This document shows positions 37,331 to 50,468 of a stretch of DNA of 64,000 nucleotides, in pieces. A program made the position numbers and the translations under genes. Source of the stretch: Octopus vulgaris (Eukaryota); NCBI GenBank assembly GCA_951406725.2, contig OX597817.1:96472001-96536000 (forward strand), read 5' to 3'. The stretch's first letter is position 1, and each line of letters opens with the position of its first letter. The notes beneath the pieces are model-generated. The model worked only from the letters and a program-made list of their open reading frames with translations. It searched no databases and was not told the DNA's origin.

Positions 37331-37916
37331 TGTGCAGGCCATTGAGGCATTTTATAAGTAATGGGTGCTCAACTCCCCTCACCACCCCAGCATTGACAGA
37401 AAAAGATAAAACAAAAATGAGAGAAAGAAGAGAAAGATTTTTACCATGCGGGGTAAAAATTTATTTAATTTATTGCTGTGTCTTAAATGTAAAATTGAAC
37501 TTAACTATCCCATCCTCAAATTTAATTAATTTCTCAAAAGTAACTTTTACTCCACGAGATAAATTCTCATTCCCCCTCTCTAATTCATTCCTCACTCTTT
37601 CTCTCTCTTTCCTCTTGCTCTCTCTATCTGTTTCTCCCTCTCTCCAAAGCACAATTTTCAGCTGTTACTGATACATGCTAGATGTTTATTTACAATCAAG
37701 AGAGTCCCAGTCAAAACTCCGTAAGCTATGATCCTAATATATAATACAAAGATATATCTAAAAAATATATGAGATGTCTCTGCAACTTTTAATTTATTTA
37801 ATTTGTTGCTGTGTCTTAAATGTAAAATTGAACTTAATTGTCCTGTCCTCAAATTTAATTAATTTCTTGGAAGTAAATTATTATTATTATTATTTTTATT
37901 ATTATTATTATTATTA

Positions 37917-38472
37917 TTGAGTGAGAGAGCAGTGCATGCCATCAAAGTGACACTGGGGTAAAATATACAAAGCCCAGTATACCCATCATGACTACCTGTC
38001 TGATAAGAGTACACGAGGCACATGCATCACAACCATATGTGCGTGACATGGTGATCTCATATGAAGATAAATAGCACATAACCTTGCAGGTGGGGCCCAA
38101 TTAGAATTTTCTTCTGGTCGAGTAACCCATCCTGCTCAAAGGGTCCCTGAATAAGGATTGTTTAAGGATGTTGAACAAAACACCCATGTTTCCAGAGGTG
38201 AATTATTCAAACCCCAAAGAATCCCTCTCAACACATGGCTATGATGCTCCCCCACTACTTCTGCTCGTGATCAGAGATGCACATATCGTCAGCCATTTAG
38301 GGACATGCTCAATTGGTTAAGGTCAAACAACTGACAAGCAAATCTGTGATATTGAGCAGAATATTTGCTGTAGCCCATCTTTTATACCAAGACAAAACAA
38401 TGTACGTGATAACACTTCCAATCAGTTAAGATCAGAAGCCATGAGAGCCACTGTCTGGTACTGCATCAGGGC

Positions 38473-38476
<4 letters not shown>
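37917..38476. repeat. ~560 bp non-coding interspersed element embedded in (TTA)n
   Basis: GC-richer block bounded on both sides by (TTA)n runs. No ORF. Confidence 0.5.
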
Positions 38477-38509
<33 letters not shown>

Positions 38510-38512
<3 letters not shown>

Positions 38513-39068
38513 TCTGCCTAAGTGAAGGCAGAGGTATTGTTTTCAGTCATGTTTGTTTGTTTGTTTGTCCATGGACAGTATATCTCAAGAACCACTGGAT
38601 GAATTCAGATGTTTGGCCTCGTGACTGGCATGAACTGATTAGATTTGGGGGTTGATCCGGTACCTGACAGACTCTAGATTATTTGTTATATTTACTTTAC
38701 TTTACATGATTACGATTCTATGTCAACTTTGAAGTCTTTCTCAATTATCTCTCTTTAGGTTGTAACTATTTTGAATGGTGAATTTGTTAACTTTGGCTTG
38801 TCTTAGATAAGGATAAACTATTTATTACTATTACTAAATTTTCTAAAGCCACTTTCACATTCCATTGGGATCGATCAGGTATTGGACAGGGATTTAGGAT
38901 TATTTTTCCATTTTTTTTACTTAATTTTTGGGAGTGGTCGCATTCGTTTTTAGTATTCTCATTTGTGAGAGCAGTTGAGTTTGTTTCAGATATTCTCATT
39001 TAAAAAATCATCTCTGGCTAACCGTTGAGAGGATGTTGGTGTTGCCCTGGCAGAGGTCTGTGCTCTTA
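38510..39068 (+). mobile_element. Helentron-associated (HINE/DINE-1-like) non-autonomous element
   Basis: 5' hairpin TCTGCCT aagtga AGGCAGA, (GTTT)n microsatellite, 3' subterminal GGCAGAGG complementary to the 5' motif, T-rich flanks. Confidence 0.5.
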
Positions 39069-39376
39069 TTGTTGTTATTATTATTATCATCAGCATCATC
39101 ATCATCACATAACTTTCAATTAAGAAATAACTAGAGTACTATGAAAAGTAGAGGTCAAGTCACACTTCAGACTTTATACATTGAGATGAAGCATAGAAAG
39201 AATTTAGTATATTCTTTCCATGCTTCATCTATAACAGCAAACATAAAAAGTATTTGTTTTATTTTTCAATTTTAACAATTAAGCAATTCTAACACTATCA
39301 TAATTACTTATTTACATTCAGGGAACATTTGCTTATCATTTTATAAGCTAAAACACGATCTACATTTTTTTTCTAG

Positions 39377-39478
39377 TGTGCAAATGAAGATATAGAACAT
39401 GGAACTGAATGTTTACATTTAGTTCAAAAGTATACCAATATTAATGCATTTCTCATTGAGGGACCACCCCTTTGGAAA
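39377..39478 (+). CDS. CRPPA: CRPPA/ISPD exon D
   Basis: tttttttctag|TGT...TGG AAA|gtaagt. Encodes [34 protein letters not shown] (GTECL and EG..LWK motifs). Confidence 0.93.
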
Positions 39479-40122
39479 GTAAGTATTAAGTAACCCTACA
39501 AACTAATATTTAAATGAAAAATTGTACTCATCAAATCAAAATAAAAATCTTGTTTATTCTTACTTAAGAATCTATATCTTTCTTTGTCTGAATATCATTA
39601 ACTTTTAAGGGAATATTCATTTTCTCCTCGACTTTTTCACCTCACATATATAAATAACTTTTCCTAATGCAAGAAATCTGATAAACTAATGTGATATATG
39701 TGAAGACCTTATGCTAGATCAACTTCCTTGATTGCTTCAAAAATGGAATTTTTTCCATATATCATACTGTTTCAACTAACTGGATATAGGTGATACCAAA
39801 TTTTTCCTTAGCAAAAATGTCATTATCTTCATCATTACTTCAGTTGGTATATTAAAAAATTCTGAACTTAGAATTTGTTGATCAATAACTTAAATTCTAG
39901 TTTTATTCTCACTCTCAGTTAGAAGTAACTACTTAACATGATTTATATGAAAAAGTATTATTACATAAATATTATTGGATTATACATAAAAACTACAATA
40001 CTTTAAAACAATATAGTTGTCTCAAATCCAACCCAACTAGCTTTTAATGAACAGCAAAATTATACAGCTATACAATTTCATTAGTTTTTAATCCCAGACA
40101 TAACAGTAACCTAATTCTAGAA

Positions 40123-41640
40123 CAGTGGTTCTGAAGCTTTTCAAAAAAGTTTACATGCCAGTCCCGTTACAGATTTTTTGTTGATTCATGGTCCCCTATT
40201 GAATGTCGGGCAATTAACATGGAAAAAAATTACATACATTTGTGTACCATAATTTCCAGAATATGAACTGCACTGCCCATAGACCTGCAACCCTGAAAAC
40301 CACAACTTAATCCATGCAATACCCCTTTGAAATACAATAAATACATGAAAATATAGGAAATCAGTTGATCAATTGGTTACAAGACAAATGAGAAACAAAA
40401 ACAGTCCAAAAATATCCCCAGCACCCAGTATTAACAACTGCATGAGACCCATTTGTGCCCATTTGGTAGAAAGAAACTGCGGGTCATACACTGAAAACTA
40501 CAGTATATATATGTACATAACTGTGATTCTTGAGCTTTTAGCATTACCTTCCCCTTTCACCATGTTTGGGATGCTATTCCTCCCCATTGTCAGGCCATTC
40601 CTCATATTGATTATCCTATGGGTGTATTTCAACTAATTTAGGGAAGACCCTGTTTATTGTTTTCTTCTCAAAAGCCATCTCACTTGTGAATGCAACAGAA
40701 GCATTCCGAATTCAGAATCACTTTCTTTGCACAACTTGACAAATAGATGGGAGTTGAGTGCTTTCACTTTGATGAAGTTCACTGCTGTAATCAAGTAATT
40801 CAGAACATTTTTGTAACTCATCAGGCATGTTTTTCACCATTAGTGCTTGTCAATGAATTGTGCAGTGTGTACCAATAGCACCTGGGGATTTTTCTTTCGC
40901 CAAAGTCTGAAAATGGAAACAGCAGCCAAGCATTGCCAAAGTGTCATCAGTGACATGCTCTCAGTTGATATGTGCCTCAAAAATTTTGTCCACTTTATTA
41001 AATATTTCTCTTGCGGTTGTTTTGGTTCTGAGGGTTTTACAAAACAGGAATTCATCCTCCAAGTGATTGTTATATACATAACATACAGAGATGCAAAGTT
41101 TGATTAAGTTGGAAACATCTGTTGTTTCATCAAGCTGGAGTGCGAAAAAGTTCAAAAGCAAATTGACAGAATGTTATCAGACAGTTCAGTTATTTGTTTG
41201 CTAACAGTATCTTTTGAGAGAGAGCGAGACATGTTTCAGCTTCAGAAGTTCAACACTTCTGAGCACATTCGATATGTTGTCTCTGCAGCAAGGTAATATC
41301 AACTCTTCACTGATTTTGTGGCACTTTTTGGTAACAGCTATTTTCCTTGAAACTTCGTAGGATGCTTTCAAACCAGCTGTAATGTCCAGCAAAAACATTC
41401 TTGTGTCATCAAGTCTGGACTTCGTCAATCTGTCAGCTTTGCATCTCAAGAAGTCAACATCTCTATTAATTGAACTGGGATACTTTGTTTCAAAGTGCCA
41501 CTTTAACTTGCTAGGCTTTAGTGAAGTAGACGCCAAAACCTCGGAGCACAAAACACTGTGGTTTCTTTCTTCACTAGACTTTATCTCAAATAAGATTCAT
41601 TATATCTCATTTTCTTTTTTGGAGGCATTATATAAAAAGA
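40123..41640 (-). mobile_element. Degenerate Buster/Charlie-type hAT DNA transposon
   Basis: CSEVLASTSLKPSKLKWHFETK, KASYEVS..IA..KK.H.I.EELILP, FALQLDETTDVSN..EDEFLFC. Terminus CAGTGGTTCT at 40123. Confidence 0.85.
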
Positions 41641-42095
41641 TAAAATTCAATAAACCAATTTAATATAACTACATTGTATATTTATTTCCCATTTGTCATA
41701 TATTATGGGGTGCACTAATTAACAATAAAGCTTACCTCTCACTATCGATTGTGGAAGAAATCCAAAATGCATATCAGTGTTCTTTTGTCTGTAGATAAAC
41801 CTCTGTGAAATCCCTTATAAAACCCAGCCATCATGCAGGATGACAAAGGGTGTCTTGCAAAGGGAAAAGTCATGTGGAAACATGCACTGATGAGGACAAC
41901 AATGGCAAGAGACATACAAACATGTGGATTGCAATAGTGAAGTGATGAATCACATGAGCATAGAATACCAACAGTTCACGCATGATCAACTGTTATACCC
42001 ACATCGGTTCCGGTCCAAAACTTGTTGCTGGACAGAGTGGTATGAAATGAAGACACCTATTAAGGAGAGAATGCTTGGTTTCAGAGAGGGAGTAT

Positions 42096-42878
42096 TCAAG
42101 AGGAATAGTAACAAGAGTGAATAAGAGAGGGGTGAATGAAGGAAGGTGAATTAGGTGGGGAAGGGGTGATTGAGGCAGTGGTAAGCTGGAAGGCGAGAGA
42201 AGAGGAAGTGGTAGGTGAGAGGTGGGGTAGTGAAAGGGTTGAGGTGAGGATGGAGTGGATTAGAGGGGGGAAGGGGTGGGGTAGTGGCATCAGCTGGAAC
42301 AGGATGAAGGAGTGATTGAAGTTTGTAGTGTTTAGTGCAAGCAAAAAAGTCATGGAGAATATGGTTGAGTGAGCAAAAGGGAGAGGGTTGTCAAGGGTGT
42401 GTATTTTGAAGAGATTAGAATGGATGGTGACATGCATAAAGTGACTGGGAATGAAAGGTAAGATGAAAATGAAGGTGGAAACCTTTGGGAGTGAGGTTGG
42501 GGTCAAGGCAGTGACTGAGGAAAGAAACATGGGTATAGAAACAGATATTTTTGAAAACGTATAGGGAAAGGTTGGAGATAATGTTTGAGATGCTAGTGTA
42601 GGTAGAGGAGAAAAGTTTTATGATTAGGCATACTGGAATGAGAAAGAAAAAGTAAAAAAGAAAATAAGAGAAAATGGCAAAGTTATTTATATACAAGGTT
42701 TACAAGAAGCTCAAAAGTTCAAAAAGTTATGGTAGATTGGTATGATACAAATCAACAAGTGTACAGTAAGATCCATAACAGTAGAGTCCAAAAAGTGTAA
42801 GACACCAATGGTAATCAGGGTGGGGTGATAGTAAGGTGGATAAGAAGTATCAAAGATCCAAGAAGAAAGTGTGGTGGG
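42096..42878 (-). mobile_element. PLE 5'/N-terminal fragment related to the 735-5128 element
   Basis: HVSFLSHCLDPNLTPKGFHLHFH resembles HVSFLSRCLHHRLIPKGFRLHFH of ORF 1273..3468. Confidence 0.75.
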
Positions 42879-43177
42879 TGGGGTGTGGTAGAATGTGAGA
42901 CAAACAAATCCAGCTGCAACATGAAGGATGAGCTGAGGGTCAGGATTACCAGGGCTTTTAGCAGCCTAAAATAGGAGACAGTGACAAAGGCCTGTCGCTG
43001 GTTCTGAGGTCACCTAGAGGCTGTCATCAAGGCCAAAGGTGAGTTCATTGAGTGAGATAGACGGTACATGTCACAAAGACAAACTGAAACAAATTTGACT
43101 AATATATCTCAAAAAATAAAAACATTTTTTTTTTCCTGAGACAGTTATCATGCAAACGAATACTGTCTGCACCCTAT
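42879..43177 (+). mobile_element. Tc1/mariner (maT-like) transposase C-terminal remnant
   Basis: My translation: WGVVECETNK...DELRVRITRAF...KACRWF*GHLEAVIKAKGEFIE*. Confidence 0.6.
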
Positions 43178-43515
43178 GTGTGTGTCTGTAGATAATAAAG
43201 AGTACATATTTTTTACACCCTATTACCATGACTGTTCTGTTGATGTCAGTTTCCTTTATATGGTAGACCATTCCTATTTCAACTACATTCATTGACATCA
43301 CATAGATGAGATGTAGACACGTCCCCTAGTATATATTTTCACTAGTTTTACTTTCATTAAATTCAAAGTTGTTATTCACATCTTTACCTTATTACAATGT
43401 TGGTTCTTTTTCTGAAAAAGTTTCTTGTTTTTCACATCATAAATATTTTCTTAGTTTACTGAGTGAGAATTGTGTCCGAGATATTTTCTTAACATTTTTT
43501 TTAAAAATTTTATAG

Positions 43516-43561
43516 GTCACTTTTAGAAAAGACTATTTTGCAGCAGAAGGATGTCTTAAAG
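43516..43561 (+). CDS. CRPPA: CRPPA/ISPD exon E (46 nt)
   Basis: ttttatag|GTC ACT TTT AGA AAA GAC TAT TTT GCA GCA GAA GGA TGT CTT AAA G|gtattg = VTFRKDYFAAEGCLK, matching ISPD VTYKRDLYAAE. Confidence 0.9.
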
Positions 43562-44099
43562 GTATTGCTTAAGTGTATTTTAATATTTTAAAGTTTTCAA
43601 ATGCTGTTTTGTAACTATTCCACATGTATATTTTAAAAAATATACATGTGGAATATCAGTAAATTTATATATTCTGAACTTTGAATAGTTTTTGAAACTC
43701 TTCATGAAATAACTTATGGTAAACATTTTCTATTTCTTTACATTGACTCTTAAAGTTCAATGTTGTAGTTATCTTTAGTTCTACAGAACATAAATGTGTT
43801 AGCTTGCTATTTTCATTTCCCTTTATTATTATGTATTTTACTACTCCTGCTATTGCTTATAGTGGATTTATTAAGCATAATTTTTTTGGAGTTATTATCA
43901 TATTTGTTGCTATTATTCTTATTCTTAACATGCCTGTCCCTATTACATTTTTCATTGGTTTCCTTATTTATTTATTTATTTACATCGTCATTTCCTTATG
44001 TCATGACCTTGTATTCATTGCTGTTATTATTTTTAAGTCCTATAGTCATGCTATCATGATGTTTTTATCCCAATGTCAAGAATATATTTTTCCCACTAT

Positions 44100-44330
44100 A
44101 ACAAGCTTTAACCAGTGGAGTCCACATGTGAGTTAAGGATATTTTCATGCAATATACAACTTACTATTAAATTTATAACTAACCATAGCTGATTTAAGTT
44201 TTGATTAACATATTTGAGATCTTCAATTGGTTTAAGGCATGATGTATGTATTCCAGTTTGTAGGTTTAGTGACACATCTGGGAAATTATCTAATCTATAA
44301 TTCATTTCTATTGTTATAGATAACCAAAAT
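44100..44330 (-). mobile_element. Degenerate PLE RT fragment
   Basis: NFPDVSLNLQTG...KP...LKYVN resembles the NFLDVTL..Y.PY.KP...YIN motif of the other AT-rich PLEs here. Confidence 0.5.
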
Positions 44331-45407
44331 GTTTTAAAATTTAACTAGTATATACCTACATACATCTACACACATGGATAAATGTAGATAAATGTGCAAA
44401 CGTGCTCTCCCATACATTGATACTATCTATCTATCATGTCTCTCTTGTACCACTTCACTACCCCTGTTAATAGTAAAAACAGTATCATCTCTAACCTAAC
44501 TTAGGAAGATGGGATTCCATTTGGAAAAGGGGGTAAATACCTGAGATTGATGGCTTATGCTGAGTCACCAGATTCCGTTGTTACATCAAAATTATTTATT
44601 CTGTTACTATGGGTCCAGAATTTTCCATCATAATCAACTAAAGTTTTTTGAACAACAGAATTATGTCCATATCCAACTTAGATAATCTAGAATTTTTCTT
44701 GGCAAATATTAATACCTATTTAGCAGGATAGGATAAATAGAAGAGTAATGGCTCAATATATCAAGCTGTATGAATTTGGTATATTTTTTTACTGCTCAAA
44801 GTTTTCAACAAGCTAATAACTTCCACTGTTTCTGATCACAATCAATTCATATATTTACATATTTACAATTGATTATTCTATTTCATATGTATTTTAGAAA
44901 TTGATTATAAAACTTTTTTTTTTAAATAGATGTATTAACATGGAATGAAATCACTAATTCTTTTTAAAAAAAATATAGTGCCCACAATAATATTCTAAGT
45001 TATTATCTATGAAACTTTACACAAACATTCACTATTTGAATACATGGGTATGATTACTCTGGCATATTATTATCTAATATATTTAATTAAAGTTGGTACT
45101 TTTGATGTTATGTATCAAGGTGAAATTATTTTTACTGTTATAAATCAATGTTCTAAATGTTGGATTTCACATAACTATTCTAAAATACTCCTTAAAGTTA
45201 GAAAGGAATTAGTGAAAGTAGAGACACTTTATTAAAACATTAAATCTATAAAAAAATTTTTAAAGTATTTGCTCTACAATTATATGTAACTTGTATAACG
45301 TCTTCTTTGGTTTTCTGGTATCCTTGATCTTTGATTCAGGAATTTTTGTATGTATGTATGCATGCATGCATAAATAAATAATCTATTATGAATATACATT
45401 TATTTAG

Positions 45408-45496
45408 AAAAGTACCTAAAAGTTGGATTAGTCAATATTCCCAACTCCAGTTTGGTCTCAGCCCTGAAATATCATTTAGAGGAACATCATATCAAG
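45408..45496 (+). CDS. CRPPA: CRPPA/ISPD exon F (start of C-terminal domain)
   Basis: tttatttag|AA AAG...ATC AAG|gttagt. Phase-1 start fits exon E. Encodes (E)KYLKVGLVNIPNSSLVSALKYHLEEHHIK. Support is from splice signals and phase; sequence similarity is weak. Confidence 0.72.
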
Positions 45497-48400
45497 GTTA
45501 GTAAATCTGATTTTTGCTGAATAAGAAATTAAAATTTTTTCTTCTTACTATCTCATACTTTAATTGCTACTTTTCATCATCTGCTCTGTAAGAATGAAAT
45601 TTAATTTTTTTAAAGATTAAATCTGTTATGTCATCCTCATCATCATTATCACCATCATCATCACCATGAGTTGCTTAGACAGGATCCAAGAAACAAGAGG
45701 CCAAGTTGTATTCTCGTGTTCCACTTTTAGCTTGTCTGCATTGGCTAGATCCCCTTCTCAACACTTTACAGAGTGTACTGAATGCAATTTTTCATGGCCA
45801 AGTACTATAAGAAATTGTCTTGCCTTTTTAGGGGGATACTAACACAGCATTACACCAAACACAGTGGTGTGGAGATGGCCATATAGTATTCCACTAAATT
45901 TAAGTTGTATAACAGTATTATGTAATAAAAGGAAGAGTAAACTCCATACAATAATAAATGGAATTTATTTGGGATAGATGATACATACACAGCTTTTCAT
46001 ACAATGTAATAAATTGAATATTAACATGTTGTGGATCCTTTTTGAATAACAAGTAAACACTAACTAGTCATGAAACAAAATTGCAAGGGTATCAGAAATG
46101 TGTGTGCGGTGTCGTGTGTGAGGCTTAGATGGGAAACATATTCAGTTCATAGCTTGGAATTACTGTTACAAGTTCATAACAGGTATCAACGAAATTGATA
46201 ACATACTGGACCAATGTAGAGTAGAGTTGATAACATGACAGGCCAATGTCGTGTAGACTGTAGCAGTAGAGTTAGCTGCTGAACAAATTACCATGATAGA
46301 GTGGTATATAATGATAGCTGTTGAATATTCATCATGAAAACAACAGTGGTCTGAAATCTGCTAGGCAAGTGTCATTAGACCGACAATAGTAAGAAGACTG
46401 CTAGGCAATTGTCATTAGAATGACAGTAACCACATATGGTCTATGGCCTGAGGCAAAAGAGGCCAGGCAGCTGAAAAAACTGTTATTTATATCTTCTGTG
46501 GTCTGGTGCTTGATTTTCTCACCAGGGAGGAAAAATGACTTGTAGGGACACGACTGGATAGTTGTACTTGACCAACCAACTCATCAAATCACCAGTTCAT
46601 GTAATAGCTGAATGAGGAGGCTTTATATAATTGAACAACTAAGAGTTTAACATCATCACACGCTTCTGATAACCGCTTCTGCTACACCCTGGACAAGACT
46701 AAAATGTTCTCTCAATGATGTATTGCTTTCTCTCAAATCACTACTTTACAGAGTGTACTGGGTGGGTTTTTATTTTTTCATGCCACCAACACTAGTGAGG
46801 GTATCTTGTAACTCACAGAGTGAAAGAGTCTCCACCACTGAAAGAGAAAATAGGAGAATATTGACTTTAGATGAAATGTTGGGAGAAGTTGCTCTACAAT
46901 GAGAGAGATGATTTATTGTTGTGAAATGTTAGTAATGGAGTGAGTAATAGAAGACAAGGAGAAATACCAGAACATATTCTCAAAGTAACATACCCAAGCA
47001 GGTGAATGGAAGTGAGTATGGTGGCGACTCAGGGGGAGTGAATGAAAGTTGTAATAGTGCACTCTCTTCTTCTCATTCAAGCATCAGGATTAATACAGAT
47101 AGAAGAAGAATAGCAGGATGTATTTGTTGGAGTTAGGATAGATTTAGAATGCATAGGTCATGTGGCATGCACTTTCTACACAAGCATCAGATAATTTGCC
47201 CTTGACTTTGGGAGAGAAGTAATTTAGTGCTGGTAGTTTATTATCTCTATCCAAACTGTTCTTATTCTAGCTGCCACACTTTCAGAACACCTTTTAGCAT
47301 GTTGTGTTTCCACTACTCTTTACTGTGGACACACCTTATTGAATTTTTCCAGTTCCTTCACTGCAAATGAAGCATATGCATTTCCTGATGCATCAGGGTC
47401 CTGTCCTTCTTCCTACCCACTAAAATTATTGTTTTCATTAAGTTGATTTAAAATCCTTTAATTCCAGGTTTTGTTTCTATTTCTAGAAGCCTTGTTTTAA
47501 CTCTTCAACAGATTCTGCAATATGAATACTATGTCATCAGCATACAGTTTTCCCCAGTATTAAATTATTCTGTTATGGTTTAGAATATGATAAAAGAATA
47601 CTAGAATACTATAATAACCCAGGCAGGATTGAAAACTGAGCCCTGATGCACCCCTAACTACATGCTAAATTTTTTATTATTTGTGTCCAAGAGCAGAATA
47701 ATACATATCTCAATAAACACCAGTCAGCCAAACAGCATAATGCATCAGTTGTTTTAGTTGCATATTCTTCATCAAATAATACTCTTTAAAAGATATAGGC
47801 ACCCTATACCCTATATTATAATTTGCATTTTGAAACAGTTTGGCTATAATAAAAATCAAGTGGGCATAATAAGAATGATGAATATACTAATGATAAAATA
47901 ATTCATCTATTATCATATAGAGGAAGTAAAATAAGAATGTGTAAAAAAAATATTAGGACAATCAACTTCTCATAGAAACTAAAATAACTGCCGATACAGA
48001 CTTTACATAAAATCAAATAGAAAGGAATACAAATGCATAAAATATACTCAGATCCTAAATTATCTCCAGACAAAAATATGATCATTATCATGATCATTAT
48101 TTTATGTCCACTTTCCATGCTAGCATGGGCTGAACATTCTGACAGGCCGTTTTGCTCTAGTGTCTCAGTTTTGTTATGGTGTACAGGGTGCTTCTTTTGT
48201 GGTACTAACACTAATGAGATTTGTCTTGTAACTTGCAAGGTGAAACACTGAAGTGCCATTGTAAGCTAGGAGGGAGAAACTCCTGTATCTTGATAGGACA
48301 GTTACTTCAAGCAAGAAGTCAAGAGGTAAAAGTGTGATGGAAGGAGCAAGAACAAAGTTACTTTTGTGGAGAGTCTATAAAGACCTCACATTGTACATAG

Positions 48401-49063
48401 GTGAAAAGGGAAGGCTTGGAGGGGTGCTAAAAAAAAAAAAAAAGATAAATGTGGTTGTCATAAGGCATGAAAACATATCCTCAGAATAACATGTCCTAGG
48501 AAGGTGAATAGAAGAGAGCATGGATACAGAAGAATCAGAGAAAATGGGTAAGGCTGTAAGATTGTGAGACCAAGAGATGGATATAAACATGGGACAAAAG
48601 TGTTCAGATGTATATAGATGATGAAAGTAGTGAATAGTGGACAGGAATGAGAGTGGTAAGTAAGAGTGAGGGGTGGCTACCAATTGGGAGTAGCACAGAG
48701 GAGTGGTGACTGGCAGTAACAAAAAGCAGTAATGTATGGTGTGTGGTAACAGGTTCTAATTTCATCGCTTACAGCAACAAACCATGTGGCTAAACTTCAT
48801 GTGATCTTTATAGCAAAGAGTCAATCAAGGTATTAAGAGAAAATAGTCTGTTTTTTTAACCAACAATGAGCTGTGTTCATGTTTTGCAGGCATTGGCTTT
48901 TTTAGAAACATTCCCTGTTTGCTATAGATTTATATGCTCTACCCACGTTAAAAGATTTATTTTTATTTTATGTACTTGCTTCAGTTTTGCCATATCCCTA
49001 TCAAGATATATTTGAATTTTTCATAAGCATGGGTTGATCTTTTTACTTTTAATCATATTCAGT

Positions 49064-50468
49064 ATGATTAGAATCGAAGGGCCTTAAGATCAACCTAGCT
49101 AAAACCAAAGTCCTAATAAGTAGGAAGGTAGATAAGTCACAAACGCCTTCAGGTAGATGGCCCTGCTCGATCTGTAGAAAAGGCGTAGGTAGAAACTCTA
49201 TAAGATTCACCAAGTGTAAGCTATGGACACATAAGAGGTGCAGCAATGTCAAAGGAAGGCTAATTGGGAAGATAGTTTTTGTATGTGGCAGATGCTCAGG
49301 AGCAATAAACACTGAAAATGCTCAGAGACCAACTTCCGCCACATTCCAGGGAGAAAAACTAGAAGTAGTTGATAGCTTCTGTTACCTAGGCGACCAAGTC
49401 AGTAGCAGGGGTTGGTGTGCTGAAAGTGTAACTGCTAGAGTGAGAATAGCCTGGGCAAAGTTCAGAGAGCTGTTACCTCTGCTGGTGACAAAAGGCCTCT
49501 CGCTCAGAACAAAAGGCAGACTGTATGACGCATGTGTACGCACAGCCATGCTACATGGCAGTGAAACATGGGCCGTGACTGCTGAGGATATGCGTAAGCT
49601 CGCAAGAAATGAAGCCAGTATGCTCCGATGGATGTGTAATGTCAGTACTCATACTTGACAGAGTGTAAGTACCTTGAGAGAAAAGTTGGACCTAAGAAGC
49701 ATCAGTTGTGGTGTACAAGAGAGACGTTTGCGCTGGTATGGTCATGTGGTGAGAATGGATGAAGATAGTTCTGTGAAAAAGTGCCACACTCTAGCGGTTG
49801 AGGGAACCTGTGGAAGAGGTAGACCCAGGAGAACCTGGGACGAGGTGGTGAAGCACGACCTTCGAACTTTAGGTCTCACCGAGGAAATGACTAGAGACCG
49901 AGACCTTTGGAAGTATGCCGTACGTGAGAAGACCCGGCAGGACAAGTGAGGCCATAACCCGTGGCCTCAGTCCACTTATGCATGCCTTTCCTTCTTGGGA
50001 CACAAAGCTCTACTTGTGAAGACCTGTTGAGGCAAGTGAAAAACAAAATCAAAATCAAAATCGATCAACATCAAGGGAAATCGTGGCTGTGATACCAGTG
50101 CTGGTGGCACATAATAGAACCATCCGAACGTGGCCATTGCCAGCACCGCCCCGACTGCCTCCGTGCCAGTGGCATGTAAAAAGCACCATCCGATCGTGGC
50201 CGTTGCCAGCCTCGCCTGGCTTCCGTGCTGGTGGCACGTTAAAAGTACCATCTGATTGTGGCCATTTGCCAGCCTCGTCTGGCACGTAAAAAGCACCCAC
50301 TACACTCATGGAGTGGTTGGCATTAGGAAGGACATCCAGCCATAGAAACATTGCCAGATCAGACTGAGCCTGGTGCAGCCTTCTGGCTTCCCAGACCCCA
50401 GTTGAACTGTCCAACCCATGCCAGCATGGAAAGCGGAAGCTAAATGATGATGAGGAGGAGGAGGATGA
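49064..50468 (+). mobile_element. 5'-truncated RTE LINE (relatively intact)
   Basis: GLKINLAKTKVL, PHD-like finger, LEVVDSFCYLGD, LHGSETW, RLRWYGHVVRM, GRGRPRRTW, 3'UTR repeat units, (GAT/GAG)n tail. Confidence 0.9.

Noticed and set aside
46027-46690. Possible solo LTR starting TGTTG with short internal direct repeats
   Set aside because: No matching terminal inverted end, TSD or primer-binding site could be identified.
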